Source of the DNA: a virus
Lineage: Duplodnaviria; Caudoviricetes
Reading direction: 5' to 3' (one strand)
Virus record (IMG/VR): IMGVR_UViG_3300032303_001800
Span: 14,431-78,430 of that record
DNA length: 64,000 nucleotides
Positions 54,482-62,952 of the stretch are shown here, piece after piece (position 1 is the first letter of the stretch; every line of letters begins with the position of its first letter). The position numbers were made by a program, and so were the translations under genes. The notes below the pieces were generated by a model, which saw only the letters and a list, made by a program, of their open reading frames with translations, did no database searches and was not told the DNA's origin.

Positions 54482-55184
54482 CGAAGAAGTCTGGGCCGCA
54501 ATGTACCCTGACAACAAAATGCCGGGCAACGCTGAACCGGTAGAAGGCAAGTGCAACGCTAAGGTCAGAGACAAGCGACTCAAGGAACTTGGTTTTGTTC
54601 GTCATTGCAACAAAACGGCTGGCATGGGAACAAACCATCTGGGCGAGGGAACCTGTAAGTTCCACCTTGGGGCAACCCTTAATCACGTCAAAAGTGCAGT
54701 AAGGGTACAAATGGGAAGGGAGTTATCAACTCTTTCGGAACGGTTGGGAGAAGCCGCACCTATTGGGCCCCCAGAAGTCGAGGCATGGATGCTTGCTTCT
54801 AAGATGAAGCAATGGTCTTTAATGATGGAGAGTAAACTTGACGAACTTAACGGTGCGATTGAAACCACTGACAAGGCTGGCGTGGAGCACGCCCGAGCAC
54901 TTATTGAGATTCTAGAACGAGCGTGGGAACGGTTCCAATCTTCTCTTGAGTTTATGATGAAGTACGACCTTCGTAAGCGCGTAATTGAACTTGAGGAACA
55001 TCAGGCATCCTTAGTCGGCGCTGCATTTATGGCTATCATTCTGAGCCAGGACCTTAAGTTGTCCGAATCGCAGATTGACCTTGCACGCAATTTGTTTGCA
55101 ACCAAGATGCGTGAAATGGGTCCGGACATCGAACCCACTTGGGCTGCCAACATTGTTGACATCACCGTAGTTCGCAAAGCCTAA
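54474..55184 (+). CDS. Hypothetical protein, possibly terminase small subunit-like
   Basis: C.AK...C...AG.GT.H.G.G.CKFHLGAT resembles HGGxSTG-type domains; helical C-terminus. Confidence 0.45.
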   Translation: MTNEEVWAAMYPDNKMPGNAEPVEGKCNAKVRDKRLKELGFVRHCNKTAGMGTNHLGEGTCKFHLGATLNHVKSAVRVQMGRELSTLSERLGEAAPIGPPEVEAWMLASKMKQWSLMMESKLDELNGAIETTDKAGVEHARALIEILERAWERFQSSLEFMMKYDLRKRVIELEEHQASLVGAAFMAIILSQDLKLSESQIDLARNLFATKMREMGPDIEPTWAANIVDITVVRKA

Positions 55185-55191
55185 CAAGACA

Positions 55192-55229
55192 AGAAAAAAG
55201 GGGCCGGGTTAATCCCGGCCCCTTTTTCT
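55192..55229. terminator. Bidirectional intrinsic terminator
   Basis: A-tract-GGGGCCGGG-TTAAT-CCCGGCCCC-T-tract between convergent operons. Confidence 0.9.
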
Positions 55230-55237
55230 GTTCCCAC

Positions 55238-55564
55238 CTACGCGTTAGCGTATTCGCGGTCTTCGCCCACATAGCGGACGTAAACGCACCACGTCTTGTC
55301 CTCGTTCACACGAGACGTGGATTCAAATGGGAGAGCCTTGCGGTCTAGACCCTTAATAGAGGTCAGACCAAGAAGGGTACGAAGAGCCTGACCAGTGTCA
55401 CCAGCAGTTTTAGCGTTTTCCTTCCACACAAACCATTGGCCTGGGTTGTTCGTCAATTGTGCTCGACGTGCCAACGTGCGGCTGTTACTACCACGGTAGC
55501 CCTTCTTGCGGGGTCGTGGGTCTTCCTGCTTCATCGGCTTTGCCGAATCTGTAATTTCACTCAT
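55238..55564 (-). CDS. Hypothetical protein
   Basis: ORF track; GGAGA RBS. Confidence 0.75.
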   Translation of the reverse strand: MSEITDSAKPMKQEDPRPRKKGYRGSNSRTLARRAQLTNNPGQWFVWKENAKTAGDTGQALRTLLGLTSIKGLDRKALPFESTSRVNEDKTWCVYVRYVGEDREYANA

Positions 55565-55631
55565 AATTTCTCCTGTCCTAGAGTGTTGTTGTTAGTTTAG
55601 CGGAGTTGCACCGCAGACGCAAATCGGCAGG

Positions 55632-56030
55632 TTATTTACCTGTCGATTTAGCAGCCTTTCTTTCTGCCTTGCCATCTCTGACAAGATAGAGACCTCGTTT
55701 AATGGGGCTAAAGTAATCGATGTTGTCCCTGATGACCTTATAGGCGGTCGACTCCGACACGCTCAGACCATCTGCAACATCAATCTTCTTTACTTCGCGG
55801 CCAATGTTCTCAACCGCCCAAGCGTGCAGTTTGGCTCCTGAGTTGTTTCTACTTCGCTTTGAGGAACGGTCGGGCTCCTCGCCGGTCAGTTCGAGAATCA
55901 AAGACAACGGAACCATGTGCATAACAAGGGAATCGACCACGTTGGTCTCTTCTCTCTGCGCTTTTTCAATAACAGCCAAAGCACGCATTCGCTCTAAGCG
56001 GGCGTATATCTCAGGGCTAGTTAATTTCAT
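55632..56030 (-). CDS. Putative winged-helix DNA-binding protein
   Basis: VADGLSVSESTAYKVI...KRGLYLV; start refined to MKLTSP. Confidence 0.6.
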   Translation of the reverse strand: MKLTSPEIYARLERMRALAVIEKAQREETNVVDSLVMHMVPLSLILELTGEEPDRSSKRSRNNSGAKLHAWAVENIGREVKKIDVADGLSVSESTAYKVIRDNIDYFSPIKRGLYLVRDGKAERKAAKSTGK

Positions 56031-56379
56031 CTTCGTGTCCGCAGTCGTATTGTGACGATGGTTCGTAACCTTCAAGAATGTCACGAGCCACATCGGTCAT
56101 CATCTGACCAACAAAGGAACCAAGAGCGTACGCCCCCATCATTTTGCTGGGCGACGATTCTAAGATGTGGTTAACAAAATCAACTGAAATAGCAATTATA
56201 ACGTCTCTGCTACCCTCGATGTTGATAACCTCGTATGGGTCATCTTCCTTGCTAATGGCAGATTGGTCAACCATCAAGGCAGAAATTTCTGCTCCGTTGC
56301 TGACAATGGCCTTACTGATGCAACGTTCTCCGCCGTCATCAAAACCTGCCACAAATTCAAACTCTTCAAATTCTTCCAC
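56017..56379 (-). CDS. Hypothetical protein
   Basis: GTG start after GAGGAG. Confidence 0.7.
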   Translation of the reverse strand: MEEFEEFEFVAGFDDGGERCISKAIVSNGAEISALMVDQSAISKEDDPYEVINIEGSRDVIIAISVDFVNHILESSPSKMMGAYALGSFVGQMMTDVARDILEGYEPSSQYDCGHEDEIN

Positions 56380-56381
56380 TG

Positions 56382-56825
56382 TTACTCCTCTTCGTTGTTC
56401 GACGCATTGTCGACAAGTCTTAGCATACCAAACTCTAACAACTCTTGCAAGTCCCATTCATCAGGGGTCGCCGCAAGTGAGGCGTCAATGTCTATTTCCA
56501 TTTCGATTCGCATGGTAACAATCGGGTTTTCCATCATGTCTTTGATGAGAGACTTCATAACGGCATTGTTCCAACCAATGTGTGCACCCTGATAGCCGGT
56601 GCGGACCTCGATAAGACGTATCTCGTAAAAAGCGTAATCCGGATTTTCGCTGGCGTGTATAACAAGGTTGCGAGGAGGAACGGGCCCAACTAGGTCTAGA
56701 AAAGTTTCGTATGCCTCATCGAAGGAAACTTCTTCCTCCCAATAGGTGCAGACCGGCTGATAAATGCGGTTGCACTTTCCGTAGGCTTCAATTTTCCAAT
56801 TTTGCTTTTGCTCTAAATCGCTCAT
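56382..56825 (-). CDS. Hypothetical protein
   Basis: ORF track. Confidence 0.7.
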   Translation of the reverse strand: MSDLEQKQNWKIEAYGKCNRIYQPVCTYWEEEVSFDEAYETFLDLVGPVPPRNLVIHASENPDYAFYEIRLIEVRTGYQGAHIGWNNAVMKSLIKDMMENPIVTMRIEMEIDIDASLAATPDEWDLQELLEFGMLRLVDNASNNEEE

Positions 56826-56834
56826 GTGGTAAGT

Positions 56835-57242
56835 CTACCATCCCGAGCAGGTGCCGTCTTGGTCGGGAACATAATTGGGCACGCCCCCGGAGGCCTGTAT
56901 GCGTCGGGCCACAACAACCTGTTGTTCGGGTGTGGCCAAATGCGCTTCGGGGGCAAACTGACGCCCCCCGAAGGCGTACCAGTTGGCCCGCATAATTCCA
57001 AGGCCGCCGTCATAACGAGAACCGTTAAAATGCCAGTTGCCGTGTTGCTCACACCAAGCCACCTTTTCCCACTGTGCCATGACGGACATCGGGACCAACG
57101 TGGTCGTGGTTGAAGTGGTGGCAAGTACGTCTGCTACTTGAGTAGTAGCACCGTCCGCCATTATTCTGGGGAAACCTATTAAAGAGAAAATTATGATTAT
57201 GCCCACTACGGGCAATCGATAGTGTTTGCTTTTGCTTCGCAT
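56835..57242 (-). CDS. Secreted or membrane-anchored Rpf-like lytic transglycosylase
   Basis: Signal/TM, Thr linker, WEKVAWCE..GNW..NGSRYDGGL....ANW...GG.......ATPEQQ..VA.RI. Confidence 0.88.
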   Translation of the reverse strand: MRSKSKHYRLPVVGIIIIFSLIGFPRIMADGATTQVADVLATTSTTTTLVPMSVMAQWEKVAWCEQHGNWHFNGSRYDGGLGIMRANWYAFGGRQFAPEAHLATPEQQVVVARRIQASGGVPNYVPDQDGTCSGW

Positions 57243-57418
57243 TGGTCGGAGAGTCCTTTCGAGTTTCTTTTGACTACTGCTACTGCTTACCGTACCTTAG
57301 CACGGAATTCTGTTTTGTGCCACCCAGACGGGTCGACATCCATGTTCATAATAACTAGTGATTTACTTAGTTACTAACATTATACCACACATTATTTAAG
57401 AAGCAACCCTTTGGAACA

Positions 57419-57450
57419 GAGAAGACCCCCTCTTTCGAGGGGGTCTTCTC
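57419..57450. terminator. 14-bp perfect hairpin in the divergent intergenic region
   Basis: GAGAAGACCCCCTC-TTTC-GAGGGGGTCTTCTC; no U-tract. Confidence 0.5.
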
Positions 57451-57559
57451 CGGAAAGGAGGTAACAACAACAAGATGACACCGGAGTGGGCGGTGAGGCC
57501 TTGTAGAAATAGTGTACAGCACGATTTTGCAGAGTCAAACATTTACACGGAAAATTGTT

Positions 57560-57598
57560 AAACATTTGTTTGACAAGACCTCGTCTGGACTGTATACT
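57560..57598 (+). promoter_or_regulatory. Strong promoter with a degenerate SOS-like palindrome over the -35
   Basis: TTGACA(57570)-17nt-TATACT(57593); AAAC-ATTT-GTTT at 57560-57571. Confidence 0.65.
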
Positions 57599-57622
57599 GA
57601 ACTCACTCTAGAAAGGAGTGGC

Positions 57623-58045
57623 ATGCAAACGTTCCTGCCGTATCAAAACTTTTCAGAATCAGCCAAGTGTCTAGACCGTCAACGTCTAGGTAAACAGCGA
57701 GTAGAAAACCTGCAGATTCTTAAGGCTCTTAATGACCCCGACTACGGATGGCAAAACCACCCAGCGGTCAAAATGTGGCGAGGCCGACGGGGTGCCCTGT
57801 TGATGTACCAAGAGGCTATTTGCTTTGAGTGGACCAGCCGCGGGTACAAGGACACTTGCCTCGAAAAGTCCAAAAATCTTGTTGTGGACATCCCGCCGTC
57901 AGAGTGGTTTGCTCCGTTTTGGCTGGGCAATTACGACCTGCACAAAAGCCACCGTAGCAACTTGTTACGCAAAGACCCCGACCACTATGTAACTATCTTT
58001 GAGAGCGGACTGTCTGATACACTTGAATACGTATGGCCGGCATAG
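57623..58045 (+). CDS. Pyrimidine-dimer DNA glycosylase / MSMEG_6728-like protein
   Basis: MQTFLPY..F.ESA.CLD.QRLGKQRVE.LQI...HPAVKMW...HRSNLLRKDP..Y. Confidence 0.85.
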   Translation: MQTFLPYQNFSESAKCLDRQRLGKQRVENLQILKALNDPDYGWQNHPAVKMWRGRRGALLMYQEAICFEWTSRGYKDTCLEKSKNLVVDIPPSEWFAPFWLGNYDLHKSHRSNLLRKDPDHYVTIFESGLSDTLEYVWPA

Positions 58046-58052
58046 GAGCGTA

Positions 58053-58289
58053 ATGAACAGTCCAATCAACCTTTTGTTGTCAAAAGAAGAGACAGAAGTC
58101 CTTGTCAACATCTTTTACGATTTTAAGTTTTATCGCATGCACCTAGAAGAGTTTGGCTGGGCCGACGAAAACGTTATGGAATCGCTTCTTACAAAACTAA
58201 ACCTTGTTTTTGACCAGGTTCCCGATACCTTTATACCACCATCATTCCCCTTCTGGAAAGGACACCCCAACTATGTCGAGCACAAGTGA
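58053..58289 (+). CDS. Hypothetical protein
   Basis: AGGAG RBS. Confidence 0.65.
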   Translation: MNSPINLLLSKEETEVLVNIFYDFKFYRMHLEEFGWADENVMESLLTKLNLVFDQVPDTFIPPSFPFWKGHPNYVEHK

Positions 58290-58476
58290 GGCGCGGAAAC
58301 GGCGTGAAGAGCGTGAGGCGGAAACCGTCCCCGTGCCCGTCAGCCTAACCTTTGCGGAAATAGACCTCATAATGGAGGCGCTGGATGCCCCTAGATGGTG
58401 GCGTGAAGTCAACGGACAACCCATTGACGACATCAACGAAGTATCATTTAAACTATGGCGAGCAACCGCTCAATAA
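58273..58476 (+). CDS. Hypothetical protein
   Basis: GAAAGG RBS. Confidence 0.6.
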   Translation: MSSTSEARKRREEREAETVPVPVSLTFAEIDLIMEALDAPRWWREVNGQPIDDINEVSFKLWRATAQ

Positions 58477-58494
58477 CGGAATAGGAGTTCCACA

Positions 58495-58947
58495 ATGACC
58501 ACGCAAGAAGATTTTCTTTACAACGATTGGACCGACCACATTTCTGGCGGCCACGTTCGATTCACACATGCCCCATCATCTCTAGACGAGGCCGATGCTT
58601 CTTCGATTCGTTTGATTGAGCGTGAAGGCATTTCATTCGTACTTATCAACGACACCGAAGTTGCTTCGTTCGACACCTCCCTTGAGGCTGTTGTTTATGC
58701 CAACCGCATCGCAGAGGGCATCAACGGTTCGCTGGACGCAGTAATGATGAACCTTGCCGGAGACAGTTTCAAGTGGCGCACAGCCTCTATGATTGCCGCT
58801 TCTTTTTTGGTAGAGAACGTTAAAGCCGGCGAATACTGGGAAGAGGGAACGGAACCTCAGCAGATTTTTGAGTGGCTAGAACAGTCTGCGATTATCGCAA
58901 TGACGCCACAGCCTGCCGAAGAGGATGTCCCCGCTACGGAGGAGTAG
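58495..58947 (+). CDS. Hypothetical protein
   Basis: ORF track; AGGAG RBS. Confidence 0.75.
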   Translation: MTTQEDFLYNDWTDHISGGHVRFTHAPSSLDEADASSIRLIEREGISFVLINDTEVASFDTSLEAVVYANRIAEGINGSLDAVMMNLAGDSFKWRTASMIAASFLVENVKAGEYWEEGTEPQQIFEWLEQSAIIAMTPQPAEEDVPATEE

Positions 58948-58950
58948 CAA

Positions 58951-59295
58951 GTGGCAGGCCGTAACCACAAATTTAAGCGAACCGCATATTTTGACATCAA
59001 CGAAGGTTGGGTTGAACTTGTGGCCGACCTTGACCGACGTATTAAGACAATTTGTCCCAATTACGTTGTTGAGCAAGTAAAGGAAAAATTTGGTGGCTTG
59101 CGTTACTACGTCACCATTCCTGACGGTTTGCCCGAAGCGGCGCACACGGCAATCCGCAGTTTGATTCGTCAGGCCGAAGAAATGTCTTATATTATTTGCG
59201 AACAATGCGGTGCAGATGGTTCTCTCCGCAAGCACGGCTGGTGGCGAACTTTTTGCGACAAGTGCCTCAAGGAAGAGTTAAACCCCAATGGATAG
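58951..59295 (+). CDS. Conserved phage protein with CxxC motifs
   Basis: GW..LV..L...QVKEKFGGLRYY...S..ICEQCG..G.LR..GWW.T.C. Confidence 0.75.
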   Translation: MAGRNHKFKRTAYFDINEGWVELVADLDRRIKTICPNYVVEQVKEKFGGLRYYVTIPDGLPEAAHTAIRSLIRQAEEMSYIICEQCGADGSLRKHGWWRTFCDKCLKEELNPNG

Positions 59296-59890
59296 TAGCG
59301 TTGCAAAACTGCAAGAACACGCCATTTGGACTCCCTTGTACCCGTGGGAAGAAGAACTTGCCTATCGAGTGGGCGCCGGACGTGACCGCGAAAATCAAGG
59401 CAAGGGCGACAGGGCGTCGTACGATGCTTCTAAACTCATGCCAGACAACATATTGGCCAACGTTCATGCCTCGTCTGCTGAAATTGGCGCGTGTCGGCTT
59501 ATTGGCGCTTATTGTTATGCCGGCATTTGGGATGTTGCGGACCACAAGACTTACAGCGCATTACCCGACGGTCTTTGGGGCATCAACGAATTAGAGATTA
59601 AGTGGCGCCGCAGTAGTGGCTCTATGCCCGTAGACAAGAAAGATGCTGACGCCGGTAGATTAGTTCTATGGGTCGAAAGTAAACTTGCCGAACAATACAA
59701 TTGTGTTTGCGACTTTTGTGCTTCTAAAACAAAAAATCAGTTGACAACCGTTCGTATTTTAGGCGGCGGTTTTGCCGATAGACTATGGAGTTTGGGAGAC
59801 TTCTATAACGGAGATACACAACGTGTGGCAGTAAAGGCCCAACACTTAACTCCCATCAAGGAAATACTTGCTTCAAAGGAAAACTGGTAG
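59288..59890 (+). CDS. Hypothetical protein
   Basis: ORF track. Confidence 0.75.
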   Translation: MDSSVAKLQEHAIWTPLYPWEEELAYRVGAGRDRENQGKGDRASYDASKLMPDNILANVHASSAEIGACRLIGAYCYAGIWDVADHKTYSALPDGLWGINELEIKWRRSSGSMPVDKKDADAGRLVLWVESKLAEQYNCVCDFCASKTKNQLTTVRILGGGFADRLWSLGDFYNGDTQRVAVKAQHLTPIKEILASKENW

Positions 59891-59892
59891 TT

Positions 59893-60117
59893 ATGTGGTC
59901 ATGGATTCTCGAGTTTGTCGGCCTCACCGGAGCGTATTTTATTGGTAGAAAATATTACTGGGGCTGGGCTATACTTATTGTAAACACAATTTTGTGGGGA
60001 GTTTACTCCGTTGCCTCCCATCAGTACGGTTTTCTTGTGGCAAGTTTTTTCTACGCACCCGTCTATTCAAGGAACTTATTAAGATGGTACAAACAAAAAA
60101 ACGATGGTGGAGCATAA
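59893..60117 (+). CDS. Small multi-TM protein (PnuC-like fragment)
   Basis: WSWILE..GL.G.Y..G.K..WGW.I...N..LW..Y.....QYGF. Confidence 0.65.
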   Translation: MWSWILEFVGLTGAYFIGRKYYWGWAILIVNTILWGVYSVASHQYGFLVASFFYAPVYSRNLLRWYKQKNDGGA

Positions 60118-60178
60118 TGACGGCGGGAATAATACTGTTGCTTGTTTTGATACTAGTATGGATGTGGGAGGTGGAAGA

Positions 60179-60439
60179 ATGGTAGAACCGTGGGAGTCAT
60201 GCAAAAAGTGCGATGAGCCGGAGTATCGCTGTGTCTGCCGGGAAAAAACGTCTAGCATTGATTTTGACCTAACTGGCGAAGAGTTGATTGCAATAGGTCA
60301 GGCTTGCGTTATTACGGGGGAAACTCTTTCGGAGTTTATTGTACGAGCGGTTATGACCGCCGCGGAAAAACATTTTACTTGCAAAGTTGACGAAACTCAA
60401 CTACAATTACCATTAGCCCAGAAGGAGGCACAACAATGA
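60179..60439 (+). CDS. Hypothetical protein
   Basis: CKKC...C.C; start refined. Confidence 0.6.
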   Translation: MVEPWESCKKCDEPEYRCVCREKTSSIDFDLTGEELIAIGQACVITGETLSEFIVRAVMTAAEKHFTCKVDETQLQLPLAQKEAQQ

Positions 60440-60576
60440 GTAAAAATGATTGGTACGATGACCCATCTATTGTGAACGAACCGTGGTGTTTGAACTGCGG
60501 GGCGGGAGGACCAAGTTCTTGCCGATGCATTGAGGTAGACGGCGAAATCATTGTCCCCGAGGATGATGAAGAATGA
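60436..60576 (+). CDS. 46-aa Cys-rich protein
   Basis: Hand translation; AGGAGG RBS; ATGA overlaps at both ends. Confidence 0.6.
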   Translation: MSKNDWYDDPSIVNEPWCLNCGAGGPSSCRCIEVDGEIIVPEDDEE

Positions 60577-61046
60577 GTTTCCCCAAACCAATATTTAAAG
60601 TGGGTGACGAGGTAACGCGTACCGGCGGCGGCGATGTAATGAAGATTGTCAATGTTGATTACGCCATTTTTTATCAGACTTTAGTCCCAAACAAATGGGG
60701 TACGGATAATGTGTGCGACTGGACCGAAGAAGAACTACGTTTAGTTCAAGCGAGCAGCCACGTTCTCGACCTGCGGGACCTACGAGATAAACATCGGCCC
60801 TGCGTCTGCGGTTACTGTTCGAACAACGAGTGTGAGGCTGGGTGCGTTGGCGAATACCCCTGTGACGTAATCAAAGTGCTCGATGTCATTGAGCCAGCAG
60901 TCACAGATATACGTGCAAGTGCTACTTCTGACACAATGCCCACAAACGAGTGCAACCACTCAGAGGGTGGACTTATTCCGAATGGCGAAGGCGAGTTGGG
61001 TGTGATTGAGTTCACCTACTGCCCTAAGTGTGGAGAGAAACTGTGA
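60573..61046 (+). CDS. Cys-rich hypothetical protein
   Basis: ORF track; ends FTYCPKCGEKL. Confidence 0.7.
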   Translation: MSFPKPIFKVGDEVTRTGGGDVMKIVNVDYAIFYQTLVPNKWGTDNVCDWTEEELRLVQASSHVLDLRDLRDKHRPCVCGYCSNNECEAGCVGEYPCDVIKVLDVIEPAVTDIRASATSDTMPTNECNHSEGGLIPNGEGELGVIEFTYCPKCGEKL

Positions 61047-61123
61047 GTGAGACTATTGGCTTCTGGGCCGTCTGGTCTGCGTTGATGGCGTTTGCTATCT
61101 GGTGCATGTGGATAAGCCGATGA
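61043..61123 (+). CDS. 26-aa membrane micropeptide, copy 1 (MSETIGFWAVWSALMAFAIWCMWISR)
   Basis: GTGA/ATGA overlaps at both ends; paralog at 62230. Confidence 0.65.
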   Translation: MSETIGFWAVWSALMAFAIWCMWISR

Positions 61124-62139
61124 CGTTACTTAAGGGCAATTGCCTAGAAACGCTAAAAACTTTAGAGACTGCCTCCGTGGATTCTATTGTCACCGACCCG
61201 CCCTACGAGTTAGGGTTTATGGGCAAGGCATGGGACAACTCCGGTATTGCTTACAACCAAAACCTATGGGCTGAGTGCTTGCGGGTGCTAAAGCCAGGTG
61301 GACACCTTCTAGCCTTCTCCGGCTCTCGCACCTATCACCGCATGGTCGTAGCCATTGAGGACTCCGGCTTCGAAATACGTGACCAGATTATGTGGCTCTA
61401 TGGCTCTGGTTTTCCCAAATCGCACAACTTGAAAGACGAATGGCAAGGCTGGGGAACGGCACTTAAACCAGCGCACGAACCAATCGTGGTCGCTCGCAAG
61501 CCCCTTATCGGGACTGTCGCTAACAATGTTCTGACTTACGGAACGGGTGCCCTGAACATTGACGGGTCAAGGGTTGGAACTGAAACCGTAGTCACCACAA
61601 ACGGTAAGGGCTTTAACGGCTCATTTGAGGGTGGCACAAACAATAATGGTGGCGCTGAACGAGAAGGTCGCTGGCCTGCCAACGTAATCCATGACGGGTC
61701 AGATGAAGTGCTGGCAGGGTTCCCTGAAAGTAAAAGTGGAAAGGCTGGGATACGGACTTCTGACGGGTTTAACAATGGTGTCTATGGCAACGGTATGGGC
61801 ATCAAGGCTGGACAACCTAATGGGGAATACGGTGATTCCGGTTCCGCAGCACGTTTCTTTTACTGCGCTAAGGCATCTAAGTCAGAACGAAACGCTGGAA
61901 CAGACGGCGCAAACAACCACCCCACAGTCAAGCCCCTAGCCCTAATGCGTTACCTTGTCAAGTTAGTTACTCCCCCAGGTGGGATAGTCCTAGACCCGTT
62001 CCTTGGTTCAGGCACAACCGCTATGGCTGCTGTTATGGAAGGTTTTGATTGGGTCGGTTGTGAGATGACTGAGGACTACTGGCCGATTATTGAGGCTAGG
62101 GTTGAGTGGGCTAAGAACCAACAACAGCCAATGCTATGA
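61120..62139 (+). CDS. DNA methyltransferase (N4-C/N6-A, beta class)
   Basis: VTDPPY near the N-terminus; NNHPTVKP..LM.YL...VLDPFLGSGTT near the C-terminus. Confidence 0.93.
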   Translation: MTLLKGNCLETLKTLETASVDSIVTDPPYELGFMGKAWDNSGIAYNQNLWAECLRVLKPGGHLLAFSGSRTYHRMVVAIEDSGFEIRDQIMWLYGSGFPKSHNLKDEWQGWGTALKPAHEPIVVARKPLIGTVANNVLTYGTGALNIDGSRVGTETVVTTNGKGFNGSFEGGTNNNGGAEREGRWPANVIHDGSDEVLAGFPESKSGKAGIRTSDGFNNGVYGNGMGIKAGQPNGEYGDSGSAARFFYCAKASKSERNAGTDGANNHPTVKPLALMRYLVKLVTPPGGIVLDPFLGSGTTAMAAVMEGFDWVGCEMTEDYWPIIEARVEWAKNQQQPML

Positions 62140-62237
62140 GTCTCTGTAAGAACTGCGGAAAGCCAATCGACACCTATAACATCAAGCCTGTGTGGTACCA
62201 CTGTGATACCGGCAGGGAGATGTGCGACTATGACTGA
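62136..62237 (+). CDS. 33-aa Cys-rich peptide
   Basis: MSLCKNCGKPI...; ATGA overlap. Confidence 0.55.
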   Translation: MSLCKNCGKPIDTYNIKPVWYHCDTGREMCDYD

Positions 62238-62310
62238 CCTGCAGGGTTTCTGGGCTGTCTGGTCTGCGCTCATGGTGTTTGCTATCTGGTGCTTTTGGAT
62301 AAGCCGATGA
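62230..62310 (+). CDS. 26-aa membrane micropeptide, copy 2 (MTDLQGFWAVWSALMVFAIWCFWISR)
   Basis: Direct-repeat paralog of 61043..61123. Confidence 0.65.
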   Translation: MTDLQGFWAVWSALMVFAIWCFWISR

Positions 62311-62525
62311 CCCCCGAAACACTTCAGGCCATCCAAAGTGCCCTTGCGTCACAGCCGGACTCAACCCATTACGAAGGTTGTTGGGAATACCACGGCTGGT
62401 GCGCCGTTGCATACCTATTGGCCGATATTGCGCCCTTAGAACCCTGCGACCACGTTGGTCGCTCAACTATTGCCCGGCTGGTTGACTTAGGTTTGCCCTG
62501 TCCGGAGTGTGGAGTAGAATTATGA
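62307..62525 (+). CDS. Cys-rich hypothetical protein
   Basis: ATGA overlap; H..GCW..H.WC; CPECG. Confidence 0.65.
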   Translation: MTPETLQAIQSALASQPDSTHYEGCWEYHGWCAVAYLLADIAPLEPCDHVGRSTIARLVDLGLPCPECGVEL

Positions 62526-62707
62526 CATGGGGAACTGGACCCGAATTTGAAACGACCAAGACCTTTACTTGTCGTCATTGCGGCAGACAAATAACAGCCA
62601 CCGCCAACGAAGCGCATTCCGACCACGGCTGGGATGTTCCGCCGTATTTTACTATTACAAGTTGCTCGACGCGATGCCTCATGGCGTCGAGGGGAATCAA
62701 ACTGTGA
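62507..62707 (+). CDS. Hypothetical protein with CxxC motifs
   Basis: ORF track; start may be 62522. Confidence 0.6.
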   Translation: MWSRIMTWGTGPEFETTKTFTCRHCGRQITATANEAHSDHGWDVPPYFTITSCSTRCLMASRGIKL

Positions 62708-62880
62708 CATTTAGGTACTACAACACAAGCAAAGGAAGGTACCCAAGCCCGACTAAGCGTTTCGGTTGGGTTTTTGCGTCGTGCCCTAAAGTTGGAATCA
62801 ACTTGGACGTATTTTTGGGGCGACACATCTGGGTTTTCTGGTTCTACCCTACAAAAAAATACGGGAGAGGCACACGATGA
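62704..62880 (+). CDS. Hypothetical protein
   Basis: GTGA overlap within ORF 62569..62880. Confidence 0.5.
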   Translation: MTFRYYNTSKGRYPSPTKRFGWVFASCPKVGINLDVFLGRHIWVFWFYPTKKYGRGTR

Positions 62881-62952
62881 CTTGCAAAAAATGCGGCGAA
62901 TGGGTCCCCGAAAGTATTTTTCACGATTGCTCTAACCGATAAGGATTTTGTT

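Noticed and set aside
54474-55184. Firm terminase small subunit call
   Set aside because: Only a loose motif resemblance and far from terL; left as low-confidence hypothetical
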